From NCBI RefSeq assembly GCF_006345805.1, contig NC_043001.1, forward strand, positions 109,864,001 through 109,928,000: DNA of 64,000 nt, read 5' to 3'. Shown piece by piece: positions 39,547 to 52,985 of the stretch. Made by a program: the position numbers and the translations under genes. Below the pieces are notes generated by a model, which saw nothing but the letters and a program-made list of their open reading frames with translations, did no database searches and was not told where the DNA came from. The stretch comes from Octopus sinensis (taxonomy: Eukaryota). Each line of letters opens with the position of its first letter. Within the stretch, counting starts at the first letter, position 1.

Positions 39547-40835
39547 TTCGTGAAGGTACCCAAATGTAACCGGAAACGTTCTCTATAGAACAAACCCGTT
39601 GTAGCTCAGGCTTCCGCCCCTAGAAGCCACTGATGCGACCTTCAGGCACCAGTCTGCCGACTGGCGTCGTCCTTTGCGGTCGTATTGCCACGTGGTGCGT
39701 CTTTGTTTTTCAGTGCTTCTCTCCTGTTTCTCAATTTTTGCGATGGCTGAAACGAAGGAGCAGCGTGCTTCCGTGAAATTTTGTTTTCTGCTGGGTAAAA
39801 CGGCGGCCAAAACAGTTGTCATGCTTCAGACAGCTTAGAAGGACGCTGCCATGAATAAAAAACTCAAGTTTACAAGAGAAATACTTTAGAAATGGTAACT
39901 TGTCGCTTGAAGGTGGTGAGCTGGCAGAAACGTTAGCACGCCGGGCGAAATGCGTAGCCGTATTTCGTCTGCCGTTACGTTGTGAGTTCAAATTCCGCCG
40001 AGGTCGACTTTGCCTTTCATCCTTTCGGGGTCGATTAAATAAGGACCAGTTACGCACTGGGGTCGATGTAATCGACTGAATCCGCTTGTCTGTCCTTGTT
40101 TGTCCTCTCTGTGTTTAGCCCCTTGTGGGTAGTAAAGAAATAGGTATTTCGCCTGCCGCTACATTCTGAGTTCAAATTCCGCCGAGGTCGACTTTGCTTT
40201 TCATCCTTTCGGAGCCGATTAAATAAGTACCAGTTACGCACTGGAGTCGATGTAATCAACTAAATCCGTTTGTCTGTCCGTGTTTGTCCCCTCTGTGTGT
40301 AGCCCCTTGTGACTAGTAAAGAAATAAACTTGTCGCTTGACGACCACTCCCGTTCAGTGCGACCATCGATCTATGAACTGATCATAGAAGACCGTCACCG
40401 AACAATTAACAAACTTGATATAACTAGGTGCCTTGGAGTTTCTGCTAACTAATTTTGGACGAGGAATTGCAAATGAAAAGAGTTTCAGGAAAATTTGTGC
40501 CTCGCGTGCACATGGAAGATCAAAAGCAATCACGACTGAATGTGTGTCGTGAGCTAAAAGAAGAGTTGGAAGTTGACCCGGACCCTTTTTCGAAGGTCAT
40601 CTCTGGTTAGGAAAGCTGATGCTACGGAACCTAGAAAAGTGAAGGGCGTTAAAAGGCATCACTTTGCAAGAGTTCCAGGACTGCTTCGAACAGTGGAGAA
40701 CGCGTCTGGACCGATGCATTGCTTCAAAAAGAGAATACTTCGAATACTTTGAAGGCGATAAAAGTGTAAACGTCTAAAACTCAGTGAATAAAATAATGCT
40801 GAAAAATACTGGTCTCTTTTGGGTATTCCCTCTTA
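39547..40835 (+). mobile_element. Decayed, internally deleted mariner transposon
   Basis: MAETKEQRASVKFCFLLGKTAAKTVVMLQTA, MKRVSGKFVPR and EFQDCFEQWRTRLDRCIAS. Degenerate ~30-bp TIRs sharing TACCCAAA / TTTGGGTA at ~39547 and ~40835. Confidence 0.88.
39911..40326 (+). mobile_element. SINE family B nested in the mariner ORF, with TSD
   Basis: 14-bp TSD AACTTGTCGCTTGA at 39897-39910 and 40327-40340. Confidence 0.93.
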
Positions 40836-42061
40836 ATTCCACTTCAGTGAGTGATGTTGTAGCGTCAGCTGAGAAACCCTGTTGCTGTATAGCAATCAAA
40901 CACAACCTGCTCACGGCTTTCAATCGTGATCTTTTTAGCCACTGTTGATTACAATCCTTATCTACAATAGATTTGGGCGAACTTACATTATTATAACAAT
41001 CAATATGGCAGCGAGTTGCCAGATTCTTGTGCACGCCGGACAAAAGGCTTAACATTTCTCCCAGCTTCACGTTCGCGGTTCAAATTCCTCTGAGGTCAGG
41101 CTTGAGATTCTTCCTTTCAGGGTCGGTGAAATACAGTACAATGTCTGCGTGTCTCTTCTCTCCAAATTTCAGGGCCTGTATTGTTTCTTCTGGGCCATTA
41201 CCTTCTGAGTTCAGTTCCTGCTGGCGGCAGTCTTACCTTCCATTGTTTCGAAAGGCGAAAATGCCAGTTAAGAATTTTATTTTATTTTCTCCTTTCGAAG
41301 ATATCGACGACATCTCATCGTCAAGATCTATGACTTTGTACTTCAAGTATACGCTATTATTTTAGGCAGCGAAATCACAGAACCTTCAGAGTTCGGAAAG
41401 GGTGCTTTGTTATACATTCTCCGGCCCGTTATGTTCTGAGTTAAAACCCAACTAGCACCAAGTCTGCTCTACGTCCAGTCAACTACTAAAGAGGTCAATA
41501 TATTTATTCTCAATTCCGAGAAGTGTCGAGAAAATAATTGATAGTTGAGCGCTACGTTCGATCTAGTCGACCTAACTCCACCTTCTCCAACTGTTGATTT
41601 CGTGCCAAAATCTGAAACCGTTATTATTTGTAATTATTTATTATATTTTAGATTATAAATTGGCGATCTAATTATAAGCTATTGTTTGCAGAGAGTGTTA
41701 GATGGATCCTCTACTTCTGTTTGGGCGGCTGTATTACTGTTATCATCTCTGTGTATCACCGCCTAAACGCTTGTTTGTTAGTTTTCATCAGATTTGGAAA
41801 GAGCAAATTGTTTCGCAGTTCAATATATAATATGAAAACTACTACACGTTCCGATTAATTGGTCTTTTCCAGTTTCTGATTCTTGTTGAAGCAACACTTT
41901 TATAGTCAGATATTGATTTTGGTATATATAATTTCTTTTCCTAAAATTGTTTTCTAAAAATTTCTGCTATATTCGGACAGTATCGTATCTAATCATTAGT
42001 TTTTGCCACATGAAATTTTCGAATGTTCCCAACTGTGCATTCTTGGGATCAAGATTTCTCT

Positions 42062-42163
42062 CCCGGTCCGTCGCAGATTACTCATTTTTGTCAGCTGAGT
42101 GGACTGGAGCAACGTGAAAATGAAGTGCTTTGCTGATGAAAACACACACACACACACACACAC

Positions 42164-42195
<32 letters not shown>

Positions 42196-42355
42196 CGATG
42201 GGCTTCTTTCAATTTCCGTCTACCAAATCCACTCACAAAGCTTTGGTTAGCCCGAGCTATTTTAGAAGACACTTGCCCAAGCTGCCACGCAGTGGTACTG
42301 AACCCGGAACCATGTAGTTGGTAAGCAAGCTACTTACCACACAGCCACTCCTACG
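42062..42355 (-). mobile_element. SINE family A 5' half (42140-42355) abutting a head-2 SINE fragment (42062-42135)
   Basis: ACCACACAGCCACTCCTA end of family A; CAGCTGAGTGGACTGGAGCAACGTGAAA block of head 2. Confidence 0.8.
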
Positions 42356-43667
42356 TATTAACCATACTGTTGTTCCTTCCTTATTTATGTTGTGCTTAAT
42401 CTCCATACTGTGTGTATCATTGTAATATTTCCTAGAATCATTGAGCGCCATGCGAGTCATTTTACTTCCATCACTGTGCAGGACATCTACCGCGTATTCA
42501 AATTCACGCTTCTATAGGTCTGAATTAGGTTGTGGAATCCTATCTTCTCTACCGTTTTATTGCATATTTAATATAGTTTATTCAATTGTTAACACGTAAG
42601 CGTAAATATAATAGAGCTAAACTCTGTTACATCACGGGGTATCAACTGAGCATTATTTGTTCAATCCAATTGTATACTGCCTACAGGATATTTTAACTTA
42701 CATTGTTCTCCAAGAGAAAACTTTCTAAAGCGCTCTCGGCTAATCATCTATGCTAACTCACCTTTCGTATGCTTTTATTTAAGAAGTTGAGATATTGATA
42801 TATGTACCATTGACATCATGTTCAGCCAGCATGGAATATGGTTGAATTCTAAGAGTAATATAAATCACAATGCTAGACATAGATGAAATCTGACTACACT
42901 GGCTTTCAAAATGGCTGGAACTGAAAGTATTTGAATATTAACAGTTTTATTGTTAAGTTGATTGGCAGCGTTTATATTACTATTATTATATATTACAATT
43001 ATTATAAATAGTATCTTCCTCTCTATTATTAAAATGTCTGCTATCTTTTACGGCATTACTAAAATTGCAACTCTCATTCTTTCCATATTCGATTTATAGC
43101 TTCGTCAACAAATGCACTTGTTGTTCTGTTTTTGTTCGCATCGTTGAATATAACTTTAGCATATATAATTATAGTTAAATGTATAAATGGAAAGTGGAGG
43201 CTGCTAGGAACGTTAGTCTATCCTCTGTCTAATTGTTATATAGTTTGTCATTACACAACACGTTACTTACACCCTGTCCGTCTGTCTGTCTGTCTGTCCC
43301 CCTCTCTCTCTCTTTCTCTCTCTCTCTGTGTATCTGTTTGTCTCTCTCTTTCTCTCTCTCGTATGCCTAACTTTCTCTGCGAAAGGCTTTTTGAACGACG
43401 CTGGTGACAGTGGTTTTACTAAGATTTAATATTTACAGAAAATAAATGCTCTTCTGAGAGTCGTTTTGAGAAAATCCTCAACGTAGCTCAGAACAATTAT
43501 TTATTTTCAGAAAAGAAAAATATATTTCAGGTGCTGAGTGATGTCTACAACCGAGCAGTGCAAGTACATACTGGACGGCATTAAGTGAAGGACAGCAACT
43601 CACTTGCCTTATCTCACGAACAGACACGCTCCATGACAACTCTGAGTGTGCGATATATAAATGCACT

Positions 43668-43896
43668 TAAGGCGGCGAGCTGGCACAAAGGTTAGCACGC
43701 CGGGCGAAATGCGTAGCCGTATTTCGTCTGCCGTTACGTTCTGAGTTCAAATTCCGCCGAGGTCGACTCTGCCTTTCATCCTTTCGGGGTCGATAAATTA
43801 AGTACCAGTTACGCACTGGGGTCAATATTATCGACTTAATCCGTTTGTCTGTCCTTGTTTGTCCTCTCTGTGTTTAGCCCCTTGTGGGCAGTAAAG
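43668..43896 (+). mobile_element. SINE family B
   Basis: TAAGGCGGCGAGCTGGC head and one core unit. Confidence 0.9.
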
Positions 43897-44384
43897 ATTT
43901 AGACATTCAAATGTACTTGGCCTTGAGTCACTCCGAAAGCAGGGTCGCCTGCTTATTCGCCTCAATACATCTGACATATACGCCGTAGCACACAATTTTG
44001 GCGACTTCGAAATTTTCGCATCACTTACTCCGCACAGAATGAAGGTTTGATAACGGTGCTGTTTCAGAATGGCCTGAGCTTCGAGATTCAATCGATCTTC
44101 CTAGACACGGACGTTAAAAGGTGGTGGTGCACAAAATCACAATTGAATTATATGAGCCTACTGACAAAAATATTGGTTTTCTAATAAAAATTAATAAAAT
44201 GGTACTTAAATATAGAACAGCTTCAATGAACTTGATGAGGGCTAATTGTAGGATGTCTAGACAAAGTAAAATCCCTGTCAGCATAAAAAACATTTTTATT
44301 TTTAAAATAACTTTTGTGGTAGATAAGAGTATAATAAAAAAATTAACAATTCTTAAAAGAAAAAAATAACATAACTGCACACAC

Positions 44385-44570
44385 AAACACACACACACAC
44401 ATATATATATTCTTTTATTTGTTTCAGCCATTTGACTGCGACCATACTGGAGTACCGTCTTTAGTTGAACAAATCGATCCCCAGGATTTATTTTTGTAAG
44501 CCTAGTACTTATTCTATCGGTCACCTTTTTTTCGAACCACTATGTTTCGTGGACGCAAACACAGACACGC
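44385..44570 (-). mobile_element. SINE family A, 3' half
   Basis: TTTGACTGCGACCATACTGGAGTACCGTCTTTAGT reverse-complement tail. Confidence 0.75.
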
Positions 44571-44805
44571 AAGCATACACCCACACACACACATATATAA
44601 AGACGTTTATCGTGCATAGCATTATGTGAAGTAAATGAAATGTATTTGCCGTTATCGCTATTTCATTTGTTGTTGACAAACTTCAAATAAAATAAGCAAT
44701 GCTAAAAATATCAAATAATAGTTTCACATCGTGAGAGGTCTGTGAAGTAACGTACAAATAAAATAACGAAAACATACAGAATTTTAAGAGACAGTGTCTG
44801 AAATC

Positions 44806-45070
44806 AACAATTGCAGCCTGGAAGGTATTTCTAAGCCATTTAAGAAACAAACAAAATCCGTTAGATTCACTTCAGCATTTAAATTTAATTTGTCAAAATA
44901 TTTTCCTCACTTTGAGACTACGACCTGTTCACTGGCAAAATTGCGTGAGTGAATCTAACGGATTTTGTTTGTTTCTTAAATGGCTTCTTATAAACACCTT
45001 CCACGCTGCAATTGTTTTCGTTCCAGCACACGATCTCAGATCAGGTCACTTGCTATGCAAGTACATCTAC
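44806..45070. mobile_element. Inverted-repeat element (arms 44806-44871 / 44948-45016), same family as 10801
   Basis: Arms are reverse complements with few differences; shares the 3' extension with 10917-10978. Confidence 0.75.
44889..44939 (-). ncRNA. Degenerate hammerhead-like motif, possible G3-C8 core
   Basis: Minus strand: TTTGCCA-GTGAACA-GGTCGTAGTCTCAAAGTGAG-GAA-AATATT-T-TGACAAA. Stem I pairs 6/7, stem III is palindromic, stem II is imperfect. Confidence 0.3.
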
Positions 45071-45911
45071 GTAATGTGTCTGAAATATTCCTCCAGATAA
45101 CATACTTCTAACGTAGAAAACATTCTCTAAGTATTACACTGGCCATAACAAATTCTGTTACCATTCCATATGGTAACAATTATTTATGTATGCAAAGAAC
45201 CCTGAGTTAGGATATTATTTTGTTATAATAAGTAACTTTGGGAGATAAAGAATCACAGTCAACCACTCATGAATTTAAGCAGCAAAAATTATTTACGATT
45301 TAAACATCGCTACATGTCCAGGTTAAGTCACATGATAACATTTTGCGTTGTTTTAGAATTTTCTTAGAATTCTTAGAAAGGAGAATTTACATCCTAAGTC
45401 AGTTACCCCAGCGAAGATTTTTCCACATGTAAGTGAAAACGAACCTGTTAAATACAAACGAACACAGATTTATTATAATCGTCGCTGCTTCGTGTAGGCC
45501 TCAATAAATTCTTTAAAACAATATGATGAACTGATAATTTTTGCTATACATTTCAATAATCCTCTGCAATAAATGTGAAATAAATAAGGAAATATAGACC
45601 AAATGAAGAACGGGATTGATGAGAGGAAGAAATAATGAATTAATAAAAGAAATAGAATTCAGAAAAACGATAGTTTAACGCTCACAGAAATGTAGAAGGT
45701 GTTGCGTATTTCATACGCATTCATCTATAAACATGCCGGCTGATATAAATTATATATAGCTGCGTTATATAAAGCTGGCAATATATATTGCAAGCTAAAC
45801 TGGGCGAAACATCCAAGTGACTATCGATAATATTCTTGTTTAAGGATGATTCATTTATGCTCGACAAAAGTGTAGAGCAACCTATCAGATTGTCTTATTA
45901 TAACTGAACAC

Positions 45912-46019
45912 GGAGGCACAATGGCCCAGTGGTTAGGGCAGCGGACTCGCGGTCGGAGGATCGCAGTTTCGATTCCCAGACCGGGCATTGTGTGTGTTTA
46001 TTGAGCGAAACACCTAAAA
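45912..46019 (+). mobile_element. SINE head type 1 only (3'-truncated)
   Basis: Near-identical to the first ~105 bp of 17856. Confidence 0.85.
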
Positions 46020-47095
46020 TGATAGAGGCTACTGAACAGCACCAGATATTGCTAGAAACAAGAGTTAGAATAACTCACAAGCATTGTTCTTTACGACTGA
46101 CAAAGGTAGGTAAGTCTCCACTTTATATAGCCGGATCGACTGACAGAGGTAATTGAATTTAACCCTAGGTGCTATGCATCAAAATGCAAAATCGTTCGAT
46201 CCGACTACATACGCTGAGGACTTACCTCCCACTATCAGTCATTAAGTACAAATCTTTGTGGCTTGAGTTATTTTAACTATAGTGCTTGTCAGCACCCTCC
46301 ATTTTGTGACCTGTATTAATTTTACCTATGTGTGTGTGTGTGTGTGTGTAAAACGTACCCCTGGCAATATAAATTATTTTGTCGTTTTAAATTGTGGATG
46401 TCCATCCAAAGTATATTGATGGCAATATGCACACTGTTTGACATTGTATAATCCTAGAAGAATAAGTGACAAACTTAGATTCTTTGGGATTTTAAATGAC
46501 TACGTAACGACCAGGAACAGATGTTGAAGGTTGATTTGTGAAACGCTATACGTGTTCAGCCAACGAAAAACCCTTTCGATAATAATTGTTCGCATATAAG
46601 CTGAAGGCCAGAATCTTTCTGCGGCAGATTTGGTCGCGTAAGCCGACTCCATTATGTCACTGTATTTCTTTAATCGTTAAATTTTGAAAGACAAAATAAA
46701 CTTCAGCTTAGTTTGGCATGAGGCTGTAAAGATCTGGAACAAAGAGATAAAATCACACAATTGTCTGTTATTAATGATGTATGTTACAAACTATAAATAT
46801 ATTCCTGCTATAAAGTATATTTTTGCATGATATTACAGTTTTTTCTAGAATTATATTTAATTGAAACCAAATCCTAGCGACAACATTAATCTATGCGGAA
46901 GGATAAATAGGTGCATTGTTAACAATCATATTTCAATTATTAATATTTAAATTACGTCACTGAGAAGTGTGAGGTTTGTCAGTGAGGGTGATATAAATCT
47001 GCCAGTGTGATGTTTGTCGTGAAGCACCATAAGTAAAAAGAGATTTTAATCAATAATAATGTGGCGAGCGAGAAGATGAAGATCTAAACGGTAAT

Positions 47096-47482
47096 GGATG
47101 GAAGCACTCCGTCGGTTACGACGACGAGGGTTCCGGTTGATCCGAATCAACGGAACAGCCTGCTCGTGAAATTAACGTGTAAGTGGCTGAGCACTCCACA
47201 GACACGTGTACCCTTAACGGGGTTCTCGGGGATATTCAGCGTGACACAGAGAGTGACAAGGCCGGCCCTTTTGAAATACAGGTACAAAAGAAACAGAAGT
47301 AAGAGTGAGAGAAAGCTGTGGTGAAAGAGTACAGCAGGGATCACCATCATCCCCTGCCGGAGCCGCGTGGGGCTTTAGGTATTTTCGCTCAATAAACACT
47401 CACAACGCCCGGTCTTGGAATCGAAACCGCGATCCTATGACCACGAGTCCGCTTCCCTAACCACTGGGCCATTGCGCCTCCA
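47096..47482 (-). mobile_element. Full-length SINE, head 1 + tail B, with TSD
   Basis: Reverse complement of the 17856 element; 12-bp TSD CTAAACGGTAAT at 47084-47095 and 47483-47494. Confidence 0.95.
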
Positions 47483-48524
47483 CTAAACGGTAATAATTTA
47501 ACAATGATTTGATGCATGAACCCTGTTAGAGGTAGCAAACACACCACAGTTCATGAGCCAGTAGTCTAGTTGTTTCAATACAAAACTCGACACTCGTTAA
47601 GATTAACTATTTACATATTAGCTCAATCATAATTAAATGAGGTATGGTTGCGTATTAATTTTCCTTTAAAGGTTATGTGTATTTGTTTCTTCATTCTGAA
47701 ACTCACAACATACGCTTCAACGACACTTCGTGTATTTGTTATTACCTAGTATCTCAAATTCCCTATTTTTCCCAACAATATTTCTCCCAAAGAAATGATT
47801 TTAAAAAATCATGAAGAGGCATCGAGTAAGTTGATGAGAACTGTACCAATTTTCAAACAAAATATTGTGAAGAATGAAGTTATGGCGTATAATACTTTTA
47901 TAATTTTTTTTTATTATAGTTTTCATTATTATTAAAGACTGTTAAGCCTTTATTTAACTATTGCAATCTCTTCGTCTTAAGACTATACGGGCTAATCAAC
48001 ATTGCATTAACTGCATACCTCATTAATACGAAATAAAATTCTATAAAGAATTAGTTGGCATAACTCCCACAAACCGGGGCAGTAATTCCAGTTTAAATAA
48101 CGTATCTACGCAAGGATTTATTATAAGAGCATACATAAAACAATGATGTTTATCCCAGAGAGAAATGAAACTAATTGATGTTTCATAAACTGAACAAATT
48201 TCATTAACGTTACAAATTTTTATGCACGCTTTTGCTAATAACTATTGCATTCTAAGTAGTTGCATCGCTTTTGAAATATAATCGGAATGTAAACGCTGAA
48301 TTTTAAACACAATGAAATGTAAATCACCGCATAAACTGGAAGTGAAATCGCCATTTAGTACCGATATTTGATGGTTAAATTCAAATTTAAATTTATCTTT
48401 CAGAGAGTTAATTTATATAATACACAATGGCGATAAACTGTTGGACTCTGAGAAATCATGTCACTGGTTGAATAGCAACCGATTGAAGGTTGACAGGATG
48501 TAGAATAAATGTAGAATAATAATT

Positions 48525-48942
48525 TAAGGCGGCGAGCTGGCAGAAATGTTAGCACGCCGGGCGAAATGCTGTAGCAGTATTTCGTCTGCGGTTACGTTCT
48601 GAGTTTAAATTCCGCCGAGGTCGACTTTGCCTTTCAACCTTTCGGGGTCAATTAATAAGCACCAGCTACGCACTGGGGTCGATCTAATCGACTTAATCCG
48701 TTTGTCTGTCCTTGTTTGTCTTCTCTGTGTTTAGCCCCTTGTGGGTAGTAAAGAAATAGGTATTTCCTCTGCCGCTACGTTCTGTGTTCAAATTCCGCCG
48801 AAGTCGGCTTTGCCTTTCAACCTCTTGAGGTCGATAAATTAAGTACTAGTTACGCACTGGGGGTCGATGTAATCGACTTAATCCGTTTGTCTGTCCTTGT
48901 TTGTTCCCTCTATGTTTCGCCCCTTGTGGGCAATAAAGAAAT
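48525..48942 (+). mobile_element. SINE family B, two units
   Basis: Head plus two core units. Confidence 0.9.
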
Positions 48943-50188
48943 CACAATAATTGTAGTGATTTTCGAACAAGTGGTGTTTTCTCTCCAATAATTTTACATA
49001 TAGTGAAATATCTGGCTTATATGTTTTATATGCGGCTTTTAGTAACAGAGTGTCGTAAGCACCATCCTGGCCATTTTCGGTGTTAGTGAATCATTTTCGT
49101 TGTCTCGACGTCTGGAATCCGAAAAAGTTGGGAGGAAGGACCAGTGAGGCTTGCAATAAGGGCGAAATCCGGCTAAAAATTATTGTACCTCGACGGAGGC
49201 TATTCACACGACGCTCGCGCACCCAAACGTGGACCAGAGAGTATAGTAACACATAATCGTAAGCACACCCGGTCAATGAATAACTTTGGTATGGTCCCTG
49301 CATCGTTTTACGAGGTGTAATGAATTATTTTCTAATATTCCTCGTCACTATCAGACACACACCAGTCTGCAATGCACAGGAATGGTCTATAATATGTCTG
49401 TACTTTCTTCCACTTCAAACATTATAACTTCTCCGACCAGACACATTTAACTGAATACTTTCACCTCCAACTATCATATGTATTTTATCCAGCCCCACCG
49501 TACCCTCCACCAACTATTCATCGCAATGTTTGCTCCTCACGGCCAGAATGGCTTTGAGATTCTCCTAGAATGATCTTGATGTTTTTTTATCTTTATCGCA
49601 AATATTGACGCCAACTGTTGAACAATTTTATTAACACGAATCTCATTGATGTCGGAGTGTCTACAAAGGCTATAAGCAACGACATTCCCTCCACATACAG
49701 CTTAGCAAAAAACAAAAAACAAAAATATGTTAGCTTATATTTTAAGGCGTTATGCAGTTCATTAAAGAGAGATTTGTATGCTATTTCTCCCATCAGATCA
49801 GTAACAAGGAGACTTGCTCTTTTGCTCCATTTCCTCTCTTATTTATATAGGTCAAACATGTTCTTCATACACACACACATACATATACACACATATATAT
49901 AAATTATATTATATTATATTATATTATATTATATTTTAATATATTATATTATATTTATATATATATATATACATGTATACATATATATGTATATGCATAT
50001 ATATGTACACACATTTACACATGTGTACATATGTATGAACACAGAGACACACATGAATATGTACATATTTATATGCATTGATTTTTTTTCCAGTTTTCTG
50101 CGCGTAGATGTGAACCATGAATATGCATGGATGTATTTAGGTACATATGTATGCCTATGCATACATATATACAGACACACACACGCAC

Positions 50189-50252
<64 letters not shown>

Positions 50253-50834
50253 TCACAGACGCACTCACAGACATACGCATATATTAATTCGCATACAAAA
50301 GTGTAATCCGATTATGTTTATTAAATCAGAAACGCATTTTGTTACTAAAGAAAATCACATCACATTCATTTCTTAAATTACATTGCCCTTAACAAATTTT
50401 ATTTCCATTCTAATAAAATTTAATTATTATTTATTTTATCAGCTCATAAATCGTAATTAAATTTCGAGAATAAAAAAATTCAGATGCATTACATTAGGAG
50501 AAACAAGAATCATATTGGAGCTAAAATTACAACAATACTTTTCAAATAGACGTACATTTTCCTTTTTACAAATCAAGAAGCCTTTAGATATTTTTGATTG
50601 TGTAATTTAAGCTGAAGTATGATATTGCGTATATCGTTCGGTCTTCGGAATCTCTAATAGTGAGAGAATACCATGTGATTTATTTTATTGCGCTTTTAAT
50701 TTGTATAGTGTCGACGTAAACACTGAAGGTATGCGGCATAGAAAAGAGGGGAACGTCATCGAGATTAACGTTTATCTTGAATAACTAAAAGCTAACGGTT
50801 TAAGAAAGAATACAGAGGAGATAGACACACCTAT

Positions 50835-51062
50835 TTCTTTACTACTCGCAAGGGGCTAAACACAGAGGGGACGACAAATAAGGACAGACAAACGGATTAA
50901 GTCGATGACATCGAGCCAGTGCGTAACTGGTACTTATTTAATCGACCCCGAAAGGATGAAAGGCAAAGTCGACCTCGGCGGAATTTGAACTCAGAACGTA
51001 GCGGCAGACGAAATACTGCTAAGCATTTCGCCCGGCGTGCTAACGTTTCTGCCAGCTCGCTA
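50835..51062 (-). mobile_element. SINE family B
   Basis: One core unit plus head. Confidence 0.9.
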
Positions 51063-51088
51063 CCTGAAGATAGTCTCTTCTACTCTAG

Positions 51089-51131
<43 letters not shown>

Positions 51132-52749
51132 CACACACACGTACGCACGCACACACGCACACACACACACACACACACACATTTCGCAGAGATACAGACA
51201 TATATATAATCAAAATCAAAATCAAAACAAAATGCTATATTATTTGCTATGGACAAAAGAAATAAGATATTTACATTCTTATGAACATCCTGAGACGAAT
51301 TAATCATGACGTAAGGGAAGGGGAATATATTGAGTGAAATGAAATTTACGTTTTATTTTAACAGTTCTGGAAGTTGATATACTTTTCTTATAAAATTCCT
51401 AAACACGTACGAACACAGGCGCGCGAACACAAACACACAAGCACACAAACGCGTACACACTACACACACACACACCTATTGGTGGAAAACAGGGGCAAAG
51501 GGGGAAAATCATTTTTTGGCAGGATGGTGGTTTAACGTATGACTTATTTATTGAATTCAGTTTAGGAAATGTTCCACCCTGCATATTTGTTGTACAGATA
51601 TTCTGTTATTCAGTACATAGAGTTGTTTCATTAAAGAACGAATTTTGAGAGTTGAAATATTTCATATGATTTCTGACGTCTAAATGATGAAAATAAAAGT
51701 CTTTATTCTGCAGACAAGGGATGGGTCCGCTCCATCTCAGTTCAATATTTAAAACTAGCTGCTAGATCTCCAGCAGATTGAAACAGATCGAAAGTAAAAC
51801 AAAAGACCACTGTCGCCAATGAATTCATAAATTAAAAAACGTAGAACAAATTTTGAATAATATGAGAAATATATGGTCATATCTATATACATTTTAAGTC
51901 CACATGATTCAAAAATTTTTCTGCATAGTTACAAAAAACGAACAAACGAACAAAAAATACAATTATTATATATTTAAAGAAAAATATTTATGGATCATTT
52001 TAAAATTAAAATACCTTAATCAATTCTAGTTCTTCTTATCACCTGTCAAATAGTAATGCTTTTTTTGTTATATCGAAATATAAATATTCAACTTAATGTG
52101 ACAAAACATTTTATAGAGTTTTCCAATAAAGATGAAAAGTAGATATGTCATGTAATCAATCATTTCGTATTTATTTAGTCAGCTAAGGTGTTATTTTTGT
52201 TCAGCACTAATTCCGCTCTCATGCAGAGAACCTAACATGATGTGTGGTCATGCAGTGTTTATTATATTTTCCCAAATATGTGAGACTACATTGTGATGAT
52301 GACGAGAATGACGATGATGATGAAGATGATGATAACGCTGATAGGAAGAGCAACAATAATAATTATCATAATAAACTGTTACAGTTATTGTGATGGCGGC
52401 ATTTTCATTTAGGAATGCATATCTATTAAATAATCTGTAAATAAGGAGGAATCCAGCTGTTTGTAAAGGCATCGTTCGCTGCAGTAACTTCGATTTAGTA
52501 CGCAACATACAAGAAGACAGATAAATATGTGTGATACAGAACGATATACTGTGAGGGTGAAGTGTATGTGATATGGAATCACACGTTACAAGAGCAGGAT
52601 TTCAATTGTCAATCCATCTGCCAGCAGGGAATCATTGTCGCAATTAAGCCAACAGAGACATTATGTACGCGTAATCAATATTTCTGATGTGTAATTTTCT
52701 GAAGCTACACACACAAGCATACAGATATAATATATACTCATATGCATGC

Positions 52750-52750
52750 A

Positions 52751-52788
<38 letters not shown>

Positions 52789-52789
52789 A

Positions 52790-52842
<53 letters not shown>

Positions 52843-52902
52843 CGTCCATCCATCCACCCAAAACCCATCCATCCATCCATCCATCCATCCATCCATCCAT
52901 CC

Positions 52903-52951
<49 letters not shown>

Positions 52952-52985
52952 CTTACATAACTACCGACCTATCTATCTATCTATA
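52750..52985. repeat. (ATCT)n-(ATCC)n-(ATCT)n compound tetranucleotide repeat
   Basis: Direct reading. Confidence 0.95.

Noticed and set aside
49070-49350. Possible mariner-like terminal fragment
   Set aside because: TIR-like start only; no partner TIR or transposase motif recognised.
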